Shown piece after piece: positions 44,201-55,800 of a DNA stretch of 64,000 bases; position 1 is the stretch's first letter; the number at the start of each line of letters is the position of its first letter. The DNA is from Auanema rhodensis. Lineage: Eukaryota; Animalia; Nematoda. A model generated the notes under the pieces. It was not told the DNA's origin. It worked only from the letters and a program-made list of their open reading frames with translations, and ran no database searches. The translations under genes were made by a program, and so were the position numbers. The DNA is taken from contig OZ059900.1 of the NCBI GenBank assembly GCA_964057225.1, forward strand, positions 23,746,001-23,810,000, read 5' to 3'.

Positions 44201-47200
44201 AAACTGTGTTTTTGTATTTTTCTAGTGTTCAGCATGTAAAATGCTTCATTTTAGTATGTAACACGCTGAAATTCGTTGCATTTGACTACTCATATGAACA
44301 AAAATCGATTTAATCAATATTAGCCATAAGGGGCGTGCCCTCAGAATATGCTAATTTCCTTAATTTTCTAACCCCTGTTTTTTTGTCGTGAAAGTGGAAC
44401 TAGACGTTGTACAAACAATTTTGAGCTAGGTTTCATTGACATTGCATGAGTTTGAACACATGAAATCGTAAGTCAAAACCTTGTTTACAGCGAAATTTCC
44501 AAAAACTGGTTTTCCAGCATAATAAAATATTTCTCATGAGAAATACTGTGTTTTTGTATTTTTCTAGTGTTCAGCATGTAAAATGCTTCATTTTAGTATG
44601 TAAAACGCTGAAATTCGTTGCATTTGACGACTCATATGAACAAAAATCGATTTAATCAATATTAGCCATAAGGGGCGTGCCCTCAGAATATGCTAATTTC
44701 CTTAATTTTCTAACCCCTGTTTTTTTGTCGTGAAAGTGGAACTAGACGTTGTACAAACAATTTTGAGCTAGGTTTCATTGACATTGCATGAGTTTGAACA
44801 CATGAAATCGTAAGTCAAAACCTTGTTACAGCGAAATTTCCAAAAACTGGTTTTCCAGCATAATAAAATATTTCTCATGAGAAATACTGTGTTTTTGTAT
44901 TTTTCTAGTGTTCAGCATGTAAAATGCTTCATTTTAGTATGTAACACGCTGAAATTCGTTGCATTTGACGACTCATATGAACAAAAATCGATTTAATCAA
45001 TATTAGCCATAAGGGGCGTGCCCTCAGAATATGCTAATTTCCTTAATTTTCTAACCCCTGTTTTTTTGTCGTGAAAGTGGAACTAGACGTTGTACAAACA
45101 ATTTTGAGCTAGGTTTCATTGACATTGCATGAGTTTGAACACATGAAATCGTAAGTCAAAACCTTGTTACAGCGAAATTTCCAAAAACTGGTTTTCCAGC
45201 ATAATAAAATATTTCTCATGAGAAATACTGTGTTTTTGTATTTTTCTAGTGTTCAGCATGTAAAATGCTTCATTTTAGTATGTAACACGCTGAAATTCGT
45301 TGCATTTGACGACTCATATGAACAAAAATCGATTTAATCAATATTAGCCATAAGGGGCGTTCCCTCAGAATATGCTAATTTCCTTAATTTTCTAACACCC
45401 TGTTTTTTTGTCGTGAAAGAGGAACTAGACGTTGTACAAACAATTTTGAGCTAGGTTTCATTGACATTGCATGAGTTTGAACACATGAAATCGTAAGTCA
45501 AAACCTTGTTTACAGCGAAATTTCCAAAAACTGGTTTTCCAGCATAATAAAATATTTCTCATGAGAAATACTGTGGTTTTGTATTTTTCTAGTGTTCAGC
45601 ATGTAAAATGCTTCATTTTAGTATGTAACACGCTGAAATTCGTGGCATTTGACGACTCATATGAACAAAAATCGATTTAATCAATATTAGCCATAAGGAG
45701 CGTGCCCTCAGAATATGCTAATTTCCTTAATTTTCTAACCCCTGTTTTTTTGTCGTGAAAGTGGAACTAGACGTTGTACAAACAATTTTGAGCTAGGTTT
45801 CATTGACATTGCATGAGTTTGAACACATGAAATCGTAAGTCAAAACCTTGTTTACAGCGAAATTTCCAAAAACTGGTTTTCCAGCATAATAAAATATTTC
45901 TCATGGAAAAAACTGTGTTTTTGTATTTTTCTAGTGTTCAGCATGTAAAATGCTTCATTTTAGTATGTAACACGCTGAAATTCGTTGCATTTGACTACTC
46001 ATATGAACAAAAATCGATTTAATCAATATTAGCCATAAGGGGCGTGCCCTCAGAATATGCTAATTTCCTTAATTTTCTAACCCCTGTTTTTTTGTCGTGA
46101 AAGTGGAACTAGACGTTGTACAAACAATTTTGAGCTAGGTTTCATTGACATTGCATGAGTTTGAACACATGAAATCGTAAGTCAAAACCTTGTTTACAGC
46201 GAAATTTCCAAAAACTGGTTTTCCAGCATAATAAAATATTTCTCATGAGAAATACTGTGTTTTTGTATTTTTCTAGTGTTCAGCATGTAAAATGCTTCAT
46301 TTTAGTATGTAACACGCTGAAATTCGTTGCATTTGACGACTCATATGAACAAAAATCGATTTAATCAATATTAGCCATAAGGGGCGTGCCCTCAGAATAT
46401 GCTAATTTCCTTAATTTTCTAACCCTTGTTTTTTTGTCGTGAAAGTGGAACTAGACGTTGTACAAACAATTTTGAGCTAGGTTTCATTGACATTGCATGA
46501 GTTTGAACACATGAAATCGTAAGTCAAAACCTTGTTTGCAGCGAAATTTCCAAAAACTGGTTTTCCAGCATAATAAAATATTTCTCATGGGAAAAACTGT
46601 GTTTTTGTATTTTTCTAGTGTTCAGCATGTAAAATGCTTCATTTTAGTATGTAACACGCTGAAATTCGTTGCATTTGACTACTCATATGAACAAAAATCG
46701 ATTTAATCAATATTAGCCATAAGGGGCGTGCCCTCAGAATATGCTAATTTCCTTAATTTTCTAACCCCTGTTTTTTTGTCGTGAAAGTGGAACTAGACGT
46801 TGTACAAACAATTTTGAGATAGGTTTCATTGACATTGCATGAGTTTGAACACATGAAATCGTAAGTCAAAACCTTGTTTACAGCGAAATTTCCAAAAACT
46901 GGTTTTCCAGCATAATAAAATATTTCTCATGAGAAATACTGTGGTTTTGTATTTTTCTAGTGTTCAGCATGTAAAATGCTTCATTTTAGTATGTAACACG
47001 CTGAAATTCGTGGCATTTGACGACTCATATGAACAAAAATCGATTTAATCAATATTAGCCATAAGGAGCGTGCCCTCAGAATATGCTAATTTCCTTAATT
47101 TTCTAACCCCTGTTTTTTTGTCGTGAAAGTGGAACTAGACGTTGTACAAACAATTTTGAGCTAGGTTTCATTGACATTGCATGAGTTTGAACACATGAAA

Positions 47201-47304
47201 TCGTAAGTCAAAACCTTGTTTACAGCGAAATTTCCAAAAACTGGTTTTCCAGCATAATAAAATATTTCTCATGGGAAAAACTGTGTTTTTGTATTTTTCT
47301 AGTG

Positions 47305-47347
47305 TTCAGCATGTAAAATGCTTCATTTTAGTATGTAACACGCTGAA
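47305..47347. other. Nested inverted repeat found at positions 145-187 of the consensus monomer
   Basis: TTCAGCATGT ... ACACGCTGAA (9/10 complementary) encloses TAAAATG-CTT-CATTTTA (7-bp arms, 3-nt loop). Confidence 0.85.
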
Positions 47348-47395
47348 ATTCGTTGCATTTGACGACTCATATGAACAAAAATCGATTTAATCAAT

Positions 47396-47432
47396 ATTAG
47401 CCATAAGGGGCGTGCCCTCAGAATATGCTAAT
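47396..47432. other. GC-core imperfect hairpin found at positions 236-272 of the consensus monomer
   Basis: ATTAGC(C)ATA ... TATGCTAAT outer arms surround AGGG-GCGTG-CCCT, the only GC-rich patch of the monomer. Confidence 0.8.
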
Positions 47433-49897
47433 TTCCTTAATTTTCTAACCCCTGTTTTTTTGTCGTGAAAGTGGAACTAGACGTTGTACAAACAATTTTG
47501 AGCTAGGTTTCATTGACATTGCATGAGTTTGAACACATGAAATCGTAAGTCAAAACCTTGTTACAGCGAAATTTCCAAAAACTGGTTTTCCAGCATAATA
47601 AAATATTTCTCATGAGAAATACTGTGTTTTTGTATTTTTCTAGTGTTCAGCATGTAAAATGCTTCATTTTAGTATGTAACACGCTGAAATTCGTTGCATT
47701 TGACGACTCATATGAACAAAAATCGATTTAATCAATATTAGCCACAAGGGGCGTTCCCTCAGAATATGCTAATTTCCTTAATTTTCTAACACCCTGTTTT
47801 TTTGTCGTGATAGAGGAACTAGACGTTGTACAAACAATTTTGAGCTAGGTTTCATTGACATTGCATGAGTTTGAACACATGAAATCGTAAGTCAAAACCT
47901 TGTTTACAGCGAAATTTCCAAAAACTGGTTTTCCAGCATAATAAAATATTTCTCATGAGAAATACTGTGGTTTTGTATTTTTCTAGTGTTCAGCATGTAA
48001 AATGCTTCATTTTAGTATGTAACACGCTGAAATTCGTGGCATTTGACGACTCATATGAACAAAAATCGATTTAATCAATATTAGCCATAAGGAGCGTGCC
48101 CTCAGAATATGCTAATTTCCTTAATTTTCTAACCCCTGTTTTTTTGTCGTGAAAGTGGAACTAGACGTTGTACAAACAATTTTGAGCTAGGTTTCATTGA
48201 CATTGCATGAGTTTGAACACATGAAATCGTAAGTCAAAACCTTGTTTACAGCGAAATTTCCAAAAACTGGTTTTCCAGCATAATAAAATATTTCTCATGG
48301 GAAAAACTGTGTTTTTGTATTTTTCTAGTGTTCAGCATGTAAAATGCTTCATTTTAGTATGTAACACGCTGAAATTCGTTGCATTTGACGACTCATATGA
48401 ACAAAAATCGATTTAATCAATATTAGCCATAAGGGGCGTGCCCTCAGAATATGCTAATTTCCTTAATTTTCTAACCCCTGTTTTTTTGTCGTGAAAGTGG
48501 AACTAGACGTTGTACAAACAATTTTGAGCTAGGTTTCATTGACATTGCATGAGTTTGAACACATGAAATCGTAAGTCAAAACCTTGTTTACAGCGAAATT
48601 TCCAAAAACTGGTTTTCCAGCATAATAAAATATTTCTCATGGGAAAAACTGTGTTTTTGTATTTTTCTAGTGTTCAGCATGTAAAATGCTTCATTTTAGT
48701 ATGTAACACGCTGCAATTCGTTGCATTTGACGACTCATATGAACAAAAATCGATTTAATCAATATTAGCCATAAGGGGCGTTCCCTCAGAATATGCTAAT
48801 TTCCTTAATTTTCTAACACCCTGTTTTTTTGTCGTGAAAGAGGAACTAGACGTTGTACAAACAATTTTGAGCTAGGTTTCATTGACATTGCATGAGTTTG
48901 AACACATGAAATCGTAAGTCAAAACCTTGTTTACAGCGAAATTTCCAAAAACTGGTTTTCCAGCATAATAAAATATTTCTCATGAGAAATACTGTGGTTT
49001 TGTATTTTTCTAGTGTTCAGCATGTAAAATGCTTCATTTTAGTATGTAACACGCTGAAATTCGTGGCATTTGACGACTCATATGAACAAAAATCGATTTA
49101 ATCAATATTAGCCATAAGGAGCGTGCCCTCAGAATATGCTAATTTCCTTAATTTTCTAACCCCTGTTTTTTTGTCGTGAAAGTGGAACTAGACGTTGTAC
49201 AAACAATTTTGAGCTAGGTTTCATTGACATTGCATGAGTTTGAACACATGAAATCGTAAGTCAAAACCTTGTTTACAGCGAAATTTCCAAAAACTGGTTT
49301 TCCAGCATAATAAAATATTTCTCATGGGAAAAACTGTGTTTTTGTATTTTTCTAGTGTTCAGCATGTAAAATGCTTCATTTTAGTATGTAACACGCTGAA
49401 ATTCGTTGCATTTGACGACTCATATGAACAAAAATCGATTTAATCAATATTAGCCATAAGGGGCGTGCCCTCAGAATATGCTAATTTCCTTAATTTTCTA
49501 ACCCCTGTTTTTTTGTCGTGAAAGTGGAACTAGACGTTGTACAAACAATTTTGAGCTAGGTTTCATTGACATTGCATGAGTTTGAACACATGAAATCGTA
49601 AGTCAAAACCTTGTTTACAGCGAAATTTCCAAAAACTGGTTTTCCAGCATAATAAAATATTTCTCATGGGAAAAACTGTGTTTTTGTATTTTTCTAGTGT
49701 TCAGCATGTAAAATGCTTCATTTTAGTATGTAACACGCTGCAATTCGTTGCATTTGACGACTCATATGAACAAAAATCGATTTAATCAATATTAGCCATA
49801 AGGGGCGTGCCCTCAGAATATGCTAATTTCCTTAATTTTCTAACCCCTGTTTTTTTGTCGTGAAAGTGGAACTAGACGTTGTACAAACAATTTTGAG

Positions 49898-52800
49898 CTA
49901 GGTTTCATTGACATTGCATGAGTTTGAACACATGAAATCGTAAGTCAAAACCTTGTTTACAGCGAAATTTCCAAAAACTGGTTTTCCAGCATAATAAAAT
50001 ATTTCTCATGGGAAAAACTGTGTTTTTGTATTTTTCTAGTGTTCAGCATGTAAAATGCTTCATTTTAGTATGTAACACGCTGAAATTCGTTGCATTTGAC
50101 GACTCATATGAACAAAAATCGATTTAATCAATATTAGCCATAAGGAGCGTGCCCTCAGAATATGCTAATTTCCTTAATTTTCTAACCCCTGTTTTTTTGT
50201 CGTGAAAGTGGAACTAGACGTTGTACAAACAATTTTGAGCTAGGTTTCATTGACATTGCATGAGTTTGAACACATGAAATCGTAAGTCAAAACCTTGTTT
50301 ACAGCGAAATTTCCAAAAACTGGTTTTTCAGCATAATAAAATATTTCTCATGAGAAATACTGTGTTTTTGTATTTTTCTAGTGTTCAGCATGTAAAATGC
50401 TTCATTTTAGTATGTAACACGCTGAAATTCGTTGCATTTGACGACTCATATGAACAAAAATCGATTTAATCAATATTAGCCATAAGGGGCGTGCCCTCAG
50501 AATATGCTAATTTCCTTAATTTTCTAACCCCTGTTTTTTTGTCGTGAAAGTGGAACTAGACGTTGTACAAACAATTTTGAGCTAGGTTTCATTGACATTG
50601 CATGAGTTTGAACACATGAAATCGTAAGTCAAAACCTTGTTTACAGCGAAATTTCCAAAAACTGGTTTTCCAGCATAATAAAATATTTCTCATGGGAAAT
50701 ACTGTGTTTTTGTATTTTTCTAGTGTTCAGCATGTAAAATGCTTCATTTTAGTATGTAACACGCTGAAATTCGTTGCATTTGACGACTCATATGAACAAA
50801 AATCGATTTAATCAATATTAGCCATAAGGAGCGTGCCCTCAGAATATGCTAATTTCCTTAATTTTCTAACCCCTGTTTTTTTGTCGTGAAAGTGGAACTA
50901 GACGTTGTACAAACAATTTTGAGCTAGGTTTCATTGACATTGCATGAGTTTGAACACATGAAATCGTAAGTCAAAACCTTGTTTACAGCGAAATTTCCAA
51001 AAACTGGTTTTTCAGCATAATAAAATATTTCTCATGAGAAATACTGTGTTTTTGTATTTTTCTAGTGTTCAGCATGTAAAATGCTTCATTTTAGTATGTA
51101 ACACGCTGAAATTCGTTGCATTTGACGACTCATATGAACAAAAATCGATTTAATCAATATTAGCCATAAGGGGCGTGCCCTCAGAATATGCTAATTTCCT
51201 TAATTTTCTAACCCCTGTTTTTTTGTCGTGAAAGTGGAACTAGACGTTGTACAAACAATTTTGAGCTAGGTTTCATTGACATTGCATGAGTTTGAACACA
51301 TGAAATCGTAAGTCAAAACCTTGTTTACAGCGAAATTTCCAAAAACTGGTTTTCCAGCATAATAAAATATTTCTCATGGGAAAAACTGTGTTTTTGTATT
51401 TTTCTAGTGTTCAGCATGTAAAATGCTTCATTTTAGTATGTAACACGCTGAAATTCGTTGCATTTGACGACTCATATGAACAAAAATCGATTTAATCAAT
51501 ATTAGCCATAAGGGGCGTGCCCTCAGAATATGCTAATTTCCTTAATTTTCTAACCCCTGTTTTTTGTCGTGAAAGTGGAACTAGACGTTGTAGGAACAGT
51601 TTTGAGCTAGGTTTCATTGACATTGCATGAGTTTGAACACATGAAATCGTAAGTCAAAACCTTGTTTACGGCGAAATTTCCAAAAACTGGTTTTCCAGCA
51701 TAATAAAATATTTCTCATGGGAAATACTGTGTTTTTGTATTTTTCTAGTGTTCAGCATGTAAAATACTTCATTTAAGTATGTAACACGCTGAAATTCGTT
51801 GCATTTGACGACTCATATGAACAAAAATCGATTTAATCAATATTAGCCATAAGGGGCGTGCCCTCAGAATATGCTAATTTCCTAAATTTTCTAACCCCTG
51901 TTTTTTTGTCGTGAAAGTGGAACTAGACGTTGTAGGAACAATTTTGAGCTAGGTTTCATTGACATTGCATGAGTTTGAACACATGAAATCGTAAGCCAAA
52001 ACCTTGTTTACAGCGAAATTTCCAAAAACTGGTTTTCCAGCATAATAAAATATTTCTCATGAGAAATACTGTGTTTTTGTATTTTTCTAGTGTTCAGCAT
52101 GTAAAATGCTTCATTTTAGTATGTAACACGCTGAAATTCGTTGCATTTGACGACTCATATGAACAAAAATCGATTTAATCAATATTAGCCATAAGGGGCG
52201 TGCCCTCAGAATATGCTAATTTCCTTAATTTTCTAACCCCTGTTTTTTGTCGTGAAAGTGGAACTAGACGTTGTAGGAACAATTTTGAGCTAGGTTTCAT
52301 TGACATTGCATGAGTTTGAACACATGAAATCGTAAGTCAAAACCTTGTTTACAGCGAAATTTCCAAAAACTGGTTTTCCAGCATAATAAAATATTTCTCA
52401 TGGGAAATACTGTGTTTTTGTATTTTTCTAGTGTTCAGCATGTAGAATACTTCATTTAAGTATGTAACACGCTGAAATTCGTTGCATTTGACGACTCATA
52501 TGAACAAAAATCGATTTAATCAATATTAGCCATAAGGGGCGTGCCCTCAGAATATGCTAATTTCCTTAATTTTCTAACCCTTGTTTTTTTGTCGTGAAAG
52601 TGGAACTAGACGTTGTACAAACAATTTTGAGCTAGGTTTCATTGACATTGCATGAGTTTGAACATATGAAATCGTAAGTCAAAACCTTGTTTACAGCGAA
52701 ATTTCCAAAAACTGGTTTTCCAGCATAATAAAATATTTCTCATGGGAAATACTGTGTTTTTGTATTTTTCTAGTGTTCAGCATGTAAAATACTTCATTTT

Positions 52801-55800
52801 AGTATGTAACACGCTGAAATTCGTTGCATTGGACGACTCATATGAACAAAAATCGATTTAATCAATATTAGCCATAAGGGGCGTGCCCTCAGAATATGCT
52901 AACTTCTTAATTTTTCTAACCCCTGTTTTTTTGTCGTGAAAGTGGAACTAGACGTTGTACGAACAATTTTGAGCTAGGTTTCATTGACATTGCATGAGTT
53001 TGAACACATGAAATCGTAAGTCAAAACCTTGTTTACAGCGAAATTTCCAAAAACTGGTTTTCCAGCATAATAAAATATTTCTCATGGGAAATACTGTGTT
53101 TTTGTATTTTTTTAGTGTTCAGCATGTAAAATGCTTCATTTTAGTATGTAACACGCTGAAATTCGTTGCATTTGACGACTCATATGAACAAAAATCGATT
53201 TAATCAATATTAGCCATAAGGGGCGTGCCCTCAGAATATGCTAATTTCCTTAATTTTCTAACCCCTGTTTTTTGTCGTGAAAGTGGAACTAGACGTTGTA
53301 GGAACAGTTTTGAGCTAGGTTTCATTGACATTGCATGAGTTTGAACACATGAACTCGTAAGTCAAAACCTTGTTTACGGCGAAATTTCCAAAAACTGGTT
53401 TTTCAGCATAATAAAATATTTCTCATGGGAAATACTGTGTTTTTGTATTTTTCTAGTGTTCAGCATGTAAAATACTTCATTTAAGTATGTAACACGCTGA
53501 AATTCGTTGCATTTGACGACTCATATGAACAAAAATCGATTTAATCAATATTAGCCATAAGGGGCGTGCCCTCAGAATATGCTAATTTCCTAAATTTTCT
53601 AACCCCTGTTTTTTTGTCGTGAAAGTGGAACTAGACGTTGTAGGAACAATTTTGAGCTAGGTTTCATTGACATTGCATGAGTTTGAACACATGAAATCGT
53701 AAGCCAAAACCTTGTTTACAGCGAAATTTCCAAAAACTGGTTTTCCAGCATAATAAAATATTTCTCATGAGAAATACTGTGTTTTTGTATTTTTCTAGTG
53801 TTCAGCATGTAAAATGCTTCATTTTAGTATGTAACACGCTGAAATTCGTTGCATTTGACGACTCATATGAACAAAAATCGATTTAATCAATATTAGCCAT
53901 AAGGGGCGTGCCCTCAGAATATGCTAATTTCCTTAATTTTCTAACCCCTGTTTTTTGTCGTGAAAGTGGAACTAGACGTTGTAGGAACAATTTTGAGCTA
54001 GGTTTCATTGACATTGCATGAGTTTGAACACATGAAATCGTAAGTCAAAACCTTGTTTACAGCGAAATTTCCAAAAACTGGTTTTCCAGCATAATAAAAT
54101 ATTTCTCATGGGAAATACTGTGTTTTTGTATTTTTCTAGTGTTCAGCATGTAGAATACTTCATTTAAGTATGTAACACGCTGAAATTCGTTGCATTTGAC
54201 GACTCATATGAACAAAAATCGATTTAATCAATATTAGCCATAAGGGGCGTGCCCTCAGAATATGCTAATTTCCTTAATTTTCTAACCCCTGTTTTTTTGT
54301 CGTGAAAGTGGAACTAGACGTTGTACAAACAATTTTGAGCTAGGTTTCATTGACATTGCATGAGTTTGAACACATGAAATCGTAAGTCAAAACCTTGTTT
54401 ACAGCGAAATTTCCAAAAACTGGTTTTTCAGCATAATAAAATATTTCTCATGAGAAATACTGTGTTTTTGTATTTTTCTAGTGTTCAGCATGTAAAATGC
54501 TTCATTTTAGTATGTAACACGCTGAAATTCGTTGCATTTGACGACTCATATGAACAAAAATCGATTTAATCAATATTAGCCATAAGGGGCGTGCCCTCAG
54601 AATATGCTAATTTCCTTAATTTTCTAACCCCTGTTTTTTGTCGTGAAAGTGGAACTAGACGTTGTAGGAACAGTTTTGAGCTAGGTTTCATTGACATTGC
54701 ATGAGTTTGAACACATGAACTCGTAAGTCAAAACCTTGTTTACGGCGAAATTTCCAAAAACTGGTTTTCCAGCATAATAAAATATTTCTCATGGGAAATA
54801 CTGTGTTTTTGTATTTTTCTAGTGTTCAGCATGTAAAATACTTCATTTAAGTATGTAACACGCTGAAATTCGTTGCATTTGACGACTCATATGAACAAAA
54901 ATCGATTTAATCAATATTAGCCATAAGGGGCGTGCCCTCAGAATATGCTAATTTCCTAAATTTTCTAACCCCTGTTTTTTTGTCGTGAAAGTGGAACTAG
55001 ACGTTGTAGGAACAATTTTGAGCTAGGTTTCATTGACATTGCATGAGTTTGAACACATGAAATCGTAAGCCAAAACCTTGTTTACAGCGAAATTTCCAAA
55101 AACTGGTTTTCCAGCATAATAAAATATTTCTCATGAGAAATACTGTGTTTTTGTATTTTTCTAGTGTTCAGCATGTAAAATGCTTCATTTTAGTATGTAA
55201 CACGCTGAAATTCGTTGCATTTGACGACTCATATGAACAAAAATCGATTTAATCAATATTAGCCATAAGGGGCGTGCCCTCAGAATATGCTAATTTCCTT
55301 AATTTTCTAACCCCTGTTTTTTGTCGTGAAAGTGGAACTAGACGTTGTAGGAACAATTTTGAGCTAGGTTTCATTGACATTGCATGAGTTTGAACACATG
55401 AAATCGTAAGTCAAAACCTTGTTTACAGCGAAATTTCCAAAAACTGGTTTTCCAGCATAATAAAATATTTCTCATGGGAAATACTGTGTTTTTGTATTTT
55501 TCTAGTGTTCAGCATGTAGAATACTTCATTTAAGTATGTAACACGCTGAAATTCGTTGCATTTGACGACTCATATGAACAAAAATCGATTTAATCAATAT
55601 TAGCCATAAGGGGCGTGCCCTCAGAATATGCTAATTTCCTTAATTTTCTAACCCTTGTTTTTTTGTCGTGAAAGTGGAACTAGACGTTGTACAAACAATT
55701 TTGAGCTAGGTTTCATTGACATTGCATGAGTTTGAACATATGAAATCGTAAGTCAAAACCTTGTTTACAGCGAAATTTCCAAAAACTGGTTTTCCAGCAT

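Larger units (their letters stand above)
47161..47502 (+). repeat. Representative near-consensus 342-bp monomer (carries only T119A)
   Basis: Runs from CTAGGTTTCATTGACATTGC to GTACAAACAATTTTGAG. Hand count of the consensus: 57 C, 58 G (33.6% GC), 9 CpG. Confidence 0.95.
38272..49897 (+). repeat. Satellite domain 4: 7-mer duplication (39638-42031 / 42032-44425, 2394 bp) decaying into a 3-mer
   Basis: CGTATATC monomers at 38614, 39638, 42032. The G254T/insA/T312A monomer is at 40321, 42715, 45109, 47503, 48529. The T126G/T194G/G249A monomer is at 40664, 43058, 45451, 46819, 47845, 48872. Confidence 0.85.

Noticed and set aside
47348-47364. CENP-B-box-like ATTCGTTGCATTTGACG
   Set aside because: It matches TTCG and A, but only 6 of the 9 essential positions of NTTCGNNNNANNCGGGN, and the CGGG half is missing.
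47445-47451. Telomere-like CTAACCC
   Set aside because: A single unit per monomer, not tandem; expected by chance.
47396-47480. Helitron 3' end or intrinsic terminator (GC hairpin followed by T run and CTAG)
   Set aside because: The GC stem is only 4 bp, the T7 run is about 35 nt and CTAG about 60 nt downstream of it, too far for either signature, and no element ends or gene are present.
47161-47502. Primate alpha-satellite dimer (2 x 171 bp)
   Set aside because: Only the length coincides. I see no recognisable alphoid motifs and the two halves are far more diverged than alphoid monomers.
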